DNA of 64,000 bases, taken from a virus (Duplodnaviria > Heunggongvirae > Uroviricota > Caudoviricetes). Every line of letters begins with the position of its first letter. Position 1 is the first letter of the stretch. The notes beneath the pieces were generated by a model. That model did no database searches. It saw nothing but the letters and a program-made list of their open reading frames with translations, and had not been told where the DNA came from. Of this stretch, positions 18,628-27,733 are shown in pieces. Position numbers and translations under genes: made by a program. The stretch covers positions 2,082 to 66,081 of IMG/VR virus record IMGVR_UViG_3300038443_000660; one strand, given 5' to 3'.

Positions 18628-18993
18628 ATGAATGAAACGGAAAAGCTTATAAATTATATTGATGAACAATACGATATAGTGATTACTGGTGAATTTATAG
18701 ATTTGGTTAAGAATTGGTCTATCAAAACATTTGGTCCCGGCCAACGGACACAAGGTATTCTAGATCATATCAAGAAAGAAGTTAAAGAAGTAGAGCAAAA
18801 TCCATTGGACCTTGAAGAATGGATTGATATCATGCTCTTGGCCATGAATGGAGCGCAGCGGCTAGGTTACACTGGAAATGATATAATCGACTGTCTACAA
18901 CGAAAGGTGTTGGAGAATTGTCAAAGGTCATGGCCAGATTGGAAGACAGCCAACACAGGCGAGGCAATCACTCACATTAAGACAGATGAATAG
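18628..18993 (+). CDS. DUF550 family all-alpha dNTP pyrophosphohydrolase
   Basis: WS..TFGPGQRT.GILDHIKKEVKEV...P.DLEEWID...LA..GA.R.G...K...N..R.WPDW. Confidence 0.85.
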   Translation: MNETEKLINYIDEQYDIVITGEFIDLVKNWSIKTFGPGQRTQGILDHIKKEVKEVEQNPLDLEEWIDIMLLAMNGAQRLGYTGNDIIDCLQRKVLENCQRSWPDWKTANTGEAITHIKTDE

Positions 18994-19741
18994 TTTTAAA
19001 AATTTTTTAACAGAATCGCAATCATCAGATGAAGCACACAGATTAGGTCTTTTTTACTTTGGTTTTGGTAAATACGGCAAGGATGGCCGTGTAACTCATT
19101 ATGTGAAGAATAATCAATTAGTTCCATTCAATCCAAAGAACAAAAATTCAATGGGTGATTCGGAAGTAACTGACAAGTCGCTTAAGAAGCTTCATACAGA
19201 TGAATCAAAGCGGGTGTTCCGGGGCGAACCTATTTTGATTCAATCTGACATATCAAAACAAACCACTGGCGCTATCGGGGAACATGTCGTGGTTGCCTAC
19301 CTGAAAATGATAGGCAACGCCGATGCTGCCCCTATGAATTCAAGGCAGGCCAATTTTCCTGTCGATTTGATATGTGACCACATTTTGGTTGAATGTAAAT
19401 CAGGCTTGGTTTCTAATTCCAAGAAAGCACAACACTGGCGGGCCACAATTGGTCAACCCGGTAAGAAAGAAACCGAATGGCTTAAGACCGCATCCAAGGA
19501 AGAAAAAGCCGCATGGAACGCCAGAAAAAATGAAGAAATCATGGAACGCAAATATGGTGTTCTGAAAGAAATGACCCAAAAATATGGTGTTCCAATCAAG
19601 GCCAAGACGATAACGACCATCATCAACCCGGATACTCATACTGTTGACATATTCGTGTTTGATGATTTCCATCAAACGATTAAATGGAATTCGCAAATGG
19701 CTAAGGACGCTTACGTAGGGACATTCTCGTATGAAACTTGA
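18986..19741 (+). CDS. Putative PD-(D/E)xK nuclease with N-terminal capsid-targeting-like sequence
   Basis: MNSFKNFLTE start; GAIGE...NFPVDL...LVECKSG. Confidence 0.6.
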   Translation: MNSFKNFLTESQSSDEAHRLGLFYFGFGKYGKDGRVTHYVKNNQLVPFNPKNKNSMGDSEVTDKSLKKLHTDESKRVFRGEPILIQSDISKQTTGAIGEHVVVAYLKMIGNADAAPMNSRQANFPVDLICDHILVECKSGLVSNSKKAQHWRATIGQPGKKETEWLKTASKEEKAAWNARKNEEIMERKYGVLKEMTQKYGVPIKAKTITTIINPDTHTVDIFVFDDFHQTIKWNSQMAKDAYVGTFSYET

Positions 19742-19931
19742 TATACCAATTCCAGTTCAGAAAGAATTCCAGAAAAATTTGGACAACCATATCAAGGGTT
19801 TGCGAAAAGATATGATTGCCCATTTGAATGAAATCGAGAAAGACAGACTTCATATTGATTCGAAGTCTGTCCATCATATTGATGCTTCTGGCGATTCGGA
19901 AACTAAACCCGATTTCGATGATAGCATCTAG
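19731..19931 (+). CDS. Hypothetical protein
   Basis: 66 aa, overlaps upstream stop. Confidence 0.5.
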   Translation: MKLDIPIPVQKEFQKNLDNHIKGLRKDMIAHLNEIEKDRLHIDSKSVHHIDASGDSETKPDFDDSI

Positions 19932-20128
19932 TTTTGTTCTGGTGGAAAATACTCAAAGGAGTCAATTGTACTTCCTTGGACCCATCGTTCTACCCCATCT
20001 TCACGCTGAACAAGGTAATCCATTTTGGGCTGAAAATGTGAGAGACAATTATCATGTCGTCTCTCACCAATAATTTTATACGTATGTGTAGCGTCCTTGA
20101 TTGTTCCATCGATTTCATAAAATTTCAT
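19928..20128 (-). CDS. Hypothetical protein
   Basis: 66 aa, stacked operon. Confidence 0.55.
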   Translation of the reverse strand: MKFYEIDGTIKDATHTYKIIGERRHDNCLSHFQPKMDYLVQREDGVERWVQGSTIDSFEYFPPEQN

Positions 20129-20727
20129 GGCAAATCTTTCGTATTATATGGGATAATCACGTCATCCATGGCAACGGTCATTTCTTTACCATCAACCATA
20201 ATACCAATTTTTTGCCAATCGTCAATGTCATGGTGAATCATATATTTTTTGACAACATCTACTAACCGGCCATTAAAGATAACCTGTGAATTGACAACTT
20301 GTCCTGAATATACGACATGAATGCCGTTTTCTTTCAAACCCGGAACCATGGAGATATCATCATCCAATCCGATTTGTGAAATTGATACGGTATCAATTTC
20401 AGCATCGATGTGTTTCATCACAAGATTACGAACTTCGTTAATTGGAACAATCCAAAAATATTTCGTGTTGTTTTTTCTGGCCGACTGATAGGTAATGGCA
20501 AGTGGCTGGTCTTTAAAGAACACAGCTTCATAGCCAACCCATGTATCGGTACAAAGCCATTGGGCGATAGGACAGATATAGAACCCCTTTTCCACCAAAC
20601 TACCAGAATTAATCCAATAGAATGATTCCAGATTCAATTCGATGAAAAATGATTCCGGGAGAAGTTCATATTTAAGGTCATCTGTAGTAGGTTTTTTAAG
20701 CTGTTCAAGTAGTTCACGGATTTTCAT
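20125..20727 (-). CDS. Hypothetical phage protein
   Basis: 200 aa, WLCTDTWVG motif. Confidence 0.65.
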   Translation of the reverse strand: MKIRELLEQLKKPTTDDLKYELLPESFFIELNLESFYWINSGSLVEKGFYICPIAQWLCTDTWVGYEAVFFKDQPLAITYQSARKNNTKYFWIVPINEVRNLVMKHIDAEIDTVSISQIGLDDDISMVPGLKENGIHVVYSGQVVNSQVIFNGRLVDVVKKYMIHHDIDDWQKIGIMVDGKEMTVAMDDVIIPYNTKDLP

Positions 20728-20731
20728 AATT

Positions 20732-21223
20732 TTAGCCTTTCAATGCTTCAAAGAAATTTTCAACCTTGGCATCAGCCATCTTGGCCCATTTCTGGTCATT
20801 CAAAGATGGATTTTCGGTCTTGACTGTTTCGTATGCATCGTTCCAGTTGAATGCATACTGATAATGCACAAGCTTCTTTACCCAATCAACAAAGAACGTG
20901 GAAAACAACTCGTACTTTCGAGCATGTTCCATGTTTTCTTTGTAACCCGGCATGTTATTGCCAAGCCACTCAAAAGTCAAAACCTTGCCGTCTGGATTGA
21001 CCAAATCCCATTCCTGATTTGTCACATTCCATACCGGCTTGTACCAAGGAAATTTCTTGGTTTCATGTCGCTTGTCATGAGAATGAGAAAACAAATCATC
21101 CTCGTCAAAGCGAAACTTCTTTCGATCAAAGAGTGTATCCTTCGCCATATTTTTCTTCCAATTCAGATACCCTATTTTCCAATTCTGTGATTCGCCTATG
21201 TGCATGTTCACATACAACATCAA
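20732..21223 (-). CDS. Hypothetical protein
   Basis: 163 aa, stacked operon. Confidence 0.6.
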   Translation of the reverse strand: MMLYVNMHIGESQNWKIGYLNWKKNMAKDTLFDRKKFRFDEDDLFSHSHDKRHETKKFPWYKPVWNVTNQEWDLVNPDGKVLTFEWLGNNMPGYKENMEHARKYELFSTFFVDWVKKLVHYQYAFNWNDAYETVKTENPSLNDQKWAKMADAKVENFFEALKG

Positions 21224-21696
21224 ACATGAGCATATCCCTTCTGCCGCTCTGCAACCATGGCATGATAAATGGCGGCGTCATCGACAGACATTTCAGCCTG
21301 CCCGTTATTACCAACGTGCTTGTACCACTTGCCATCGTAACCACGGAAGATGGAAGTCCGCTCCATCGTCTCACAATCGATTCGAGTGTCGAAGTGGAAC
21401 GTATCACCATCGCTGGAATACTCAACGTACATGAGTTCGTCGGGCGACATGTAATCATCGCTCTCGACCGACCAATCAAGCACGTACTCACGATAGTAAT
21501 TGTCGTTGCACTCGATACCGGCAGCAGCGATAAGGCCGCTTACCTGCTTATCGAGATTGTCGCAGTCGGGAATAAAGTTGAAGAAGTGGTAATATTCGCC
21601 ATTCTTACCCTTCCAACGCTGCGGGCACTCACCCTTACCATCCCAATCATGGGCACCGTAGTTCTCGTAAATCTGGGTCGAAACAACAAGCTTCAT
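21220..21696 (-). CDS. Hypothetical early protein
   Basis: 158 aa, TQIYENYGAHDWDGKGECPQRWK; first gene after an early promoter; GC-richer than flanks. Confidence 0.7.
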   Translation of the reverse strand: MKLVVSTQIYENYGAHDWDGKGECPQRWKGKNGEYYHFFNFIPDCDNLDKQVSGLIAAAGIECNDNYYREYVLDWSVESDDYMSPDELMYVEYSSDGDTFHFDTRIDCETMERTSIFRGYDGKWYKHVGNNGQAEMSVDDAAIYHAMVAERQKGYAHV

Positions 21697-21731
21697 TTGT
21701 ATAAAACCTTCTAGAACGAACCTTCATTTAC

Positions 21732-21759
21732 ATAATACAAAAATGTAGAAGAATGTCAA
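21732..21759 (-). promoter_or_regulatory. Early promoter with TCTACA spacer motif
   Basis: TTGACA-ttcttctacatttttg-TATTAT. Confidence 0.7.
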
Positions 21760-21762
21760 CAC

Positions 21763-22320
21763 CTATTTTCGCTTTCCATGAACATAGGCTTTATGTCCCT
21801 GTAACGAATACAAAATCTTATAATTGTTAACTTCTCTGTCTTTCAGAATTTTAGGAGTGACAGAATCCATGATGTATTTCTTGATTTTAAGGACGGCATG
21901 GAATTCGTTGTTTTCGTTCTTGACGACAAGCATTTGCATATCATCGATATCAACACCAATCTGATAAAGCATTGCCATTTTCAAGAAAACAAAATCCTCA
22001 CAATCTCCATATTTCAACATTGCGGTTTCATACGGAGTCGCCCAATAATCTTTGGCATCGGTTCGATACTCAATGTGCGAGTTGACAAAGGCATTGACGA
22101 AACCGATTTTGGAAACAACCGTTCTGTTCGACAGGCTCTTGATGGTGTCGCAATCGAAGAACTTGGAACAATCAAAGTTAGGAAAGGTTTTGAGAATTTC
22201 TTCCCATCGGTCAATAGTCGGAACATCGATAGGAATAGGGACTGTGTTATAAGTAATTGCAGCGTTGGCTTGGAATGTGAACGCTGCAATCATGATTGTG
22301 GTAAGCAATCTCTTTCTCAT
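21763..22320 (-). CDS. Transglutaminase-like cysteine peptidase (BTLCP/LapG family) with signal peptide
   Basis: VNAFVN..I.Y.TD..DYWATPYE...GDCEDF...K...HAVL...MD; hydrophobic N-term ending ANA. Confidence 0.88.
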   Translation of the reverse strand: MRKRLLTTIMIAAFTFQANAAITYNTVPIPIDVPTIDRWEEILKTFPNFDCSKFFDCDTIKSLSNRTVVSKIGFVNAFVNSHIEYRTDAKDYWATPYETAMLKYGDCEDFVFLKMAMLYQIGVDIDDMQMLVVKNENNEFHAVLKIKKYIMDSVTPKILKDREVNNYKILYSLQGHKAYVHGKRK

Positions 22321-22364
22321 ACTGCCTATATAGTACAGTATTATAGAATAGTCAATCTTTAAGT

Positions 22365-22934
22365 TTAAACAAAAGAAATTTTGACATTATCAGCATCAAC
22401 GTACCGAAACGTGTTTTCTTCATATTGTTTAGGATATACGAAAATGAACGATACATGTTTATGCTTTTTGGCAAACCAGCTTAAGTACTTAATTCTATTG
22501 ACACAATCATTTACCGTCGCTCTGGTTTCTGGACCGTAACCATGTGTTCCATCAAACACATTACCCATATTCATGATAGAATCATCAAATAAGAAGTCAA
22601 ACCCCAAACAAAATAGTTGGCTATATCCATGGTCGATGGCAAGTTCCATTGCCACCATGCCAGCGTTTTGACATCTGCGAACGGGAGAATATTCGGCAGG
22701 CTCAAAACGCTTGTGAAGTGGCGGTACAAAGAAATTATATTGTGGTAATCTATCCGACAAAATTTCTTTAATCATCTTGTCGTCAATAGCTACAAGCCAG
22801 TTTATTTTCTCTGAACGATATATGCCGTTACAACCGTAAAGCGGGCCTTGTTTCCTGAAATAATCTAAATCGAAATGTGTTCTGGAATTTCCATTACCTA
22901 AAATCGTTGCGCTATTCGTCGGAATCGGTGTCAT
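22365..22934 (-). CDS. Conserved Rossmann-like protein (MptE/DUF115/sialyltransferase-like fold)
   Basis: ILGNGNSR...YGCN.IYR...LVAID...AG..A..LA...G...LFCLGFD. Confidence 0.5.
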   Translation of the reverse strand: MTPIPTNSATILGNGNSRTHFDLDYFRKQGPLYGCNGIYRSEKINWLVAIDDKMIKEILSDRLPQYNFFVPPLHKRFEPAEYSPVRRCQNAGMVAMELAIDHGYSQLFCLGFDFLFDDSIMNMGNVFDGTHGYGPETRATVNDCVNRIKYLSWFAKKHKHVSFIFVYPKQYEENTFRYVDADNVKISFV

Positions 22935-23076
22935 GATAATTGTCGTCGCCTAGATGATTGATTTGCTCTTGTTTTTGTTTACGTTTCTCACGGATATCAT
23001 TCTTCTTTTTTATATGCAAATCGATGTAATCATCATCTTCGTAATCATCTCTTGAACGCTTAAATGACTTTCCCAT
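22912..23076 (-). CDS. Small charged protein (54 aa, not in ORF track)
   Basis: Hand translation MGKSFKRSRDDYEDDDYIDLHIKKKNDIREKRKQKQEQINHLGDDNYHDTDSDE fills the gap between neighbours. Confidence 0.55.
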   Translation of the reverse strand: MGKSFKRSRDDYEDDDYIDLHIKKKNDIREKRKQKQEQINHLGDDNYHDTDSDE

Positions 23077-23082
23077 TGTAGT

Positions 23083-23733
23083 TTACTTTGTCTTAGGCTT
23101 TCTAGTTTTTTTGGTTTTAACTGGCTTTGATTCATTGATATCGCCAACCGGAGTGACAGGCTTGTTTGTGATATCATCAAGCACTGGTGATTCTTCGCCA
23201 TAATTTCCGAATGTTTCCAATGACAGTTCGAATGTTGTTCCGGTTGGCGCTGATGCGTTTTTTGATTTAGCTACCTCTACCTTTTCAGGAATAGGCTCTC
23301 CCCAATTTGCAACCAAAGCTGGAAATGCTTCTGCAATCAAACTTCTGGTTATAGATTTGAATGGCAGCTTTCTATTATCCTTGATAAAGACAATAAGCTT
23401 AGCATCGTCTTGGTCGATTGTTTCCATGAAGGAAACAAACATTGATTCTCGTTTATTCGCAGGAAGGTTTGAATATGGTCCGGTTGAATTAAAATGTTGA
23501 AACAGGCGGAAATCTTGCCAAACTCTATTTCTGACCAACCGAACATCATCCGTTACAGGCTTGTACGGAGGACAGCCTTCCGGCAATAACCATTTGACAT
23601 TGGAATCAAAGACATATGTCAAAAACAACTGTAGATGTGGACTGTTGTTTTTATGCAGGACTGCAATTTTGTCTGCTTTAGTTTTGGCTGATTCTACTTC
23701 CGTAAATAATTCTGTTAGTGTGGGTAGCGCCAT
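23083..23733 (-). CDS. Conserved T4-like phage protein (DUF6433-like)
   Basis: TKADKIAVL...FDSNVKWLLPEG.PPYKP...KRESMFVSFMETID..DAKL. Confidence 0.7.
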   Translation of the reverse strand: MALPTLTELFTEVESAKTKADKIAVLHKNNSPHLQLFLTYVFDSNVKWLLPEGCPPYKPVTDDVRLVRNRVWQDFRLFQHFNSTGPYSNLPANKRESMFVSFMETIDQDDAKLIVFIKDNRKLPFKSITRSLIAEAFPALVANWGEPIPEKVEVAKSKNASAPTGTTFELSLETFGNYGEESPVLDDITNKPVTPVGDINESKPVKTKKTRKPKTK

Positions 23734-23942
23734 TATGCCAATCTTTCGACTCTAGTTGAACCAAAAACCATATCCATGGTTGGGATGTATATAACTAAAC
23801 CGACCTTCGATAAATCTCTAGTCTTTTCCTTGATTTTATTTGCATATTCTTCACTTTGAACAATACTAGCGTTGGATATTCCAATATAAACTATGTATAG
23901 CTGTATACCGGAGTTAGAGTTGCATGAGCAATTAGTGTTCAT
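23733..23942 (-). CDS. 69-aa portal-clip-like mini-protein, paralog 2
   Basis: Start moved to ATG 23942; YIVYIGISN...FGSTRVER; paralogous to 24372-24581. Confidence 0.65.
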   Translation of the reverse strand: MNTNCSCNSNSGIQLYIVYIGISNASIVQSEEYANKIKEKTRDLSKVGLVIYIPTMDMVFGSTRVERLA

Positions 23943-23958
23943 TTTTAGGTTTCTCTTT

Positions 23959-24375
23959 TTATACTGTGTCGATACAAAGAACATTAATGTTTTTTGCTTG
24001 TGTTTTTTTCTTTAACATATCGAGGGTCACATTCGAATACATGATATTATCACAAATAATCCATTCTACATTTACACCATCGTATTTTCTATTCATGTAA
24101 CTTTGAACAGAAGATGTAAGAATATTTGGTGTAACTAATTTTTCTTTAATGAATTCACTCTGGATTCTTTTTGCGGTGTCTGTGTTATATGTCAGGAACA
24201 ACACAGTACCATTTCTTGCTTTTTCGGTAGCAAAAGATTTCAGAAATGTAGTTACTCCAATTTGTCTAGGTAATTTATATGACCAAAAGGTTTGACCATA
24301 ATTTTCTTTTTCCCAAATAATCTTGTTTTGGATAGCAGAAAAAATATCTACTACTCTATCTTTTACAACTATCAT
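23959..24375 (-). CDS. Stand-alone terminase-ATPase-like domain with degenerate Walker A and B
   Basis: KLPRQIGVTT vs this phage's TerL KFPRQCGKTT; YDGVNVEWIICDN vs FRGKTYNLVLLDE; VLCIDT vs MVIIST. Confidence 0.72.
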   Translation of the reverse strand: MIVVKDRVVDIFSAIQNKIIWEKENYGQTFWSYKLPRQIGVTTFLKSFATEKARNGTVLFLTYNTDTAKRIQSEFIKEKLVTPNILTSSVQSYMNRKYDGVNVEWIICDNIMYSNVTLDMLKKKTQAKNINVLCIDTV

Positions 24376-24581
24376 ATTCTTTCAATCCTTACCGCACCGA
24401 AATCTAATCCGGCAGTTGAAACAAAAGTCACATTGTTATCTTTGGTGAAATCTGTTAATTCAGTTTTTACTTCATTTTTTAGTGCTTCTCTAGCATCCCT
24501 ACCATGTGTATTACCAACACCTATATACACAATATATTTTGGTATTTCATAAGTGGCAGTGCAATTACAATCAGAATTCAT
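24372..24581 (-). CDS. 69-aa portal-clip-like mini-protein, paralog 1
   Basis: KYIVYIGVGN...A.E.L...FGAVRIERI; resembles the gp20 clip segment (YIDVGN-type motif plus helix). Confidence 0.65.
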   Translation of the reverse strand: MNSDCNCTATYEIPKYIVYIGVGNTHGRDAREALKNEVKTELTDFTKDNNVTFVSTAGLDFGAVRIERI

Positions 24582-25419
24582 TTATATCTTCCATTAGGTT
24601 TCTAAGGCTGTTGTCCATGAAATATTTCATTAATTTCATGCCACGTTTGCCGGTTACTTGTTTGTTTTTGAATGCATTATGAATGTTTTCAGCAATATCA
24701 TCAGGAATTTTGAATAGAGAAATCAAACGTTCATTTCTGTAATAATTCTCTAGGATTTCGTCCTGAAACACATGTTCAGGAACGGAAATAGACCATTCTC
24801 TGACTTTAGCTTCTGTCAATCTTTTTTGTCTCTTGCCGGATACAACAAAAGTATCATCGTCCGATAAGACGTTAGGAATACCATCCGACTGATCGCCACG
24901 TAAAATATGTTCAATCAAGAATGTATCTGGATTATCGCACTTGACTATTGACGACATGTTGGGTGAGTACATCGCAACACCGGGAATTTTTTGGAGTTGC
25001 TTGAAATCCTTGTCGTTCGACACAATCATGTGTGGTCCCGGTTCACGAATAGCGATAACGCCAATGATATCATCAGCTTCTACATTATCGACTTTTATAA
25101 CCTTATATGGAAAGTTAAGTTCAATCTCTACTTGAATGGTATCGATAATTTCAAAGAGACTGGACCAATCAAGCGTTGATTCCTTCCTCGCCGCCTTGCG
25201 AGACGCCTTGTAATAAGGAAAAATGTCTTTGCGCCAATATTTCTTGGAATCGACACACAGAATAATTTCGCCGTATTCAGAATAGAATTTCTTGCGGACT
25301 GAACGGATGATATTCAGTATTAAATGGCGGGCGTAATTTTTATCAATGGACACATTCTTGGTTGAAGCCAGCACACACGATGCCACGGCAACAGCCGAAT
25401 AATCTACTAGGATAGCCAT
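24571..25419 (-). CDS. rnh: T4-type RNase H / 5'-3' exonuclease
   Basis: ILVDYS...WRKDIFPYYKA.RK...EADDIIG...IVSNDKDFKQLQ...ILRGD.SDGIPN. Confidence 0.95.
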   Translation of the reverse strand: MAILVDYSAVAVASCVLASTKNVSIDKNYARHLILNIIRSVRKKFYSEYGEIILCVDSKKYWRKDIFPYYKASRKAARKESTLDWSSLFEIIDTIQVEIELNFPYKVIKVDNVEADDIIGVIAIREPGPHMIVSNDKDFKQLQKIPGVAMYSPNMSSIVKCDNPDTFLIEHILRGDQSDGIPNVLSDDDTFVVSGKRQKRLTEAKVREWSISVPEHVFQDEILENYYRNERLISLFKIPDDIAENIHNAFKNKQVTGKRGMKLMKYFMDNSLRNLMEDINEF

Positions 25420-25422
25420 ATG

Positions 25423-25743
25423 CTAACTTTCTGTTTCTTTATTTTCCTCGTTATCACGCTGACTAATAAAATCAGAAACATCGTCAATGTAGTCTTGGCA
25501 ATAATGATATTCGTCAATGTTACGAAGTAATGCAGATGTAAAAAACTGTTCAACATAGGAAAAATCTGTAATAAAATCATCATTAGGAACAAAGCCGTGA
25601 CTAACGAGATTACGGATTAATTGAGTCATGTAATGAGTAGTAATCAGTTCTACATCATCACTTGTGATTTCAGTTTTATCTTTGACATCCAAAGACATGG
25701 TTTTGAGTAGAGGAAATACCTTAATATTCTTTTTGTCGCTCAT
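25423..25743 (-). CDS. Conserved hypothetical protein
   Basis: 106 aa between the 370-aa gene and rnh. Confidence 0.65.
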   Translation of the reverse strand: MSDKKNIKVFPLLKTMSLDVKDKTEITSDDVELITTHYMTQLIRNLVSHGFVPNDDFITDFSYVEQFFTSALLRNIDEYHYCQDYIDDVSDFISQRDNEENKETES

Positions 25744-25751
25744 ATCTATAT

Positions 25752-26864
25752 TTAGCCAAATGTTAGTAGAAGGATTTGATTTTTGTTGATTCTACCAGAG
25801 TCAATTTTTCCTTCTACTGTAGACAATCTTGATATGATTTTGGGAATCTCTCGCCTAGTGCCCTTCAATATTAACGGTAACACTTCATGCGGTTTCCTTA
25901 ATGTTTTTTCGACTGATTTTGATAAGTCAACATTCAACAGCGTCGAGCCTTTGATTGAAAACTTCTTTCCATCCTCGGCAAAGTAATGACTGATTTTTCT
26001 CGTTTTGGTATTAAAAGTAAGCAACTGTGAAGCATCCAGAATCTTGGCTGGTGCAAGGCTGGTAATCGACAATGAATTATCGACCGCCTGATATTTCAAC
26101 CCTTTGATGATATTCTCGATTTTTGGTTGACGCTTCTTTCTTGGTGCCTTTGCTCTTTTTCGGTTATTAACGATGGAATCAGCACCGGAAATAAATGTAG
26201 ATACAAAATCAAGCACTTTTTTAATTTGCGGCTTGGTGTAGCACGAGTAAGCTTCCTTGATTTGGGCATCCTTGTTCTTGGTTGTAGATGCAATTTCCAA
26301 TTCTTCCTTAATTGGAGTGTAGTAGGCACTGATAATGTTCAGAGATTGCATCGACAGGCTATTGGTCTTAGCCCATGTGTCGAACTTGAATTCGGATGAA
26401 AAAGTTGCGTAGAAATTATCTAGTTGTTCGTCCAATTCCGATATAAACCACAGATTGCGATAACTGTTGGTTTTTTCCTTTACGGATTCGGCGGCTTCTG
26501 TCTGTTCAACAAAATCAACTATTTTTTGTAGATTTGTTTCGAAATATTGAACGACATGTTCAGGGAGTGAACATTTACGTTGCAACAATCTGGCAATCCA
26601 GCCAATGGTAGTAGGCACCTTATGTGATGGAGCCTTTTTGAATGACTTTAATCGAGGGTCGTTAACCGATTTAAGGTAGGATTCAACAAAGGTAATCGCT
26701 GTTTTTAAATCATTGAAATAATTGTAGTAATTGAATACTTTAATAACTTCCATTTCGGTCCTGAATGTTGATTCAGGAACCGGTTCTTTGCCCATGTATT
26801 TTTCGTATACGGCTTTAGGTGTTTTTGGCTTTACAACTTTAACTTTAGTCTTTACTGATAGCAT
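25752..26864 (-). CDS. Conserved T4-like phage protein of unknown function
   Basis: 370 aa; FNYYNYF...KILDA.QL.TFNTKTRK...KGSTL...S..KTLRKP...GRIN...ILL. Confidence 0.75.
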   Translation of the reverse strand: MLSVKTKVKVVKPKTPKAVYEKYMGKEPVPESTFRTEMEVIKVFNYYNYFNDLKTAITFVESYLKSVNDPRLKSFKKAPSHKVPTTIGWIARLLQRKCSLPEHVVQYFETNLQKIVDFVEQTEAAESVKEKTNSYRNLWFISELDEQLDNFYATFSSEFKFDTWAKTNSLSMQSLNIISAYYTPIKEELEIASTTKNKDAQIKEAYSCYTKPQIKKVLDFVSTFISGADSIVNNRKRAKAPRKKRQPKIENIIKGLKYQAVDNSLSITSLAPAKILDASQLLTFNTKTRKISHYFAEDGKKFSIKGSTLLNVDLSKSVEKTLRKPHEVLPLILKGTRREIPKIISRLSTVEGKIDSGRINKNQILLLTFG

Positions 26865-27063
26865 TAATTTGTAACGATTCTACTTGCTAAATATACCTTA
26901 AGAAGAAGTATTAATTGTTTTTAAGTGTTCTCTAATTATTTTGTTTATATACCATTCTTGTTCGACATACCAATATCCATTTCCTGAACATCTTGTTCGA
27001 AAATGCATGATTATATCATTTGTGATTTTTTCAGAAATATTATCTATATTCATTTTTGGTCCT

Positions 27064-27663
27064 ATGAAATATTGTACTTATTTGACTATTTATAGTGGAA
27101 ACAAGCTTCCACCCTTTTATATCGGTTCTACTGTAACCAGTAACGTAATCAATAAAAATTACCATGGTTCTGTAACTTCTAAAAAATATTCCGTTATATG
27201 GAAATCTGAATTAAAGAATAACCCATTAGCATTCAAAACTAAAATAATTGCTTATCATGAATCATTAGATAAGGCAAGAGAAAATGAATCAAAATTACAA
27301 AGAGCATTCAATGTAATACAAAATCCGATGTATATCAATTTGAATATTAGTGGTATTAAATTTCCAAAAAATCTTTGTGGTATAAACAATCATTTTTACG
27401 GAAAGCATCATTCAGATGAAACAAAACGCATATTGTCTATATCATCTAGAAATAGATTATTACGATCTAATCCGATGAATAATCCAGAATATAGAAAACG
27501 AGTCTCACAAGCTAAATCGTTGAATTGGATAGTTACATTTCCTGACGGAAGTAGTTCTATAGTAAATAATTTATATTCGTTTTGTAAATCTCACAATATA
27601 AATATGAGTAATTTAACTATACATGGAAAATCTAAGGGATTTTCTGTCACGAGAGTATTATAA
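27064..27663 (+). mobile_element. GIY-YIG (Seg-like) homing endonuclease with NUMOD3-like motif
   Basis: YCTYLTIY...FYIGS...YHGS...E..LQ; NHFYGKHHSDETKR; likely start ATG 27064; CTAAATA at 26887-26893. Confidence 0.82.
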
Positions 27664-27733
27664 ATGATAATTACGTTCGTTTACGAAGTGTTGGATAACT
27701 TTATCGGTTAGAATATCAGATTCACGGTTAATG

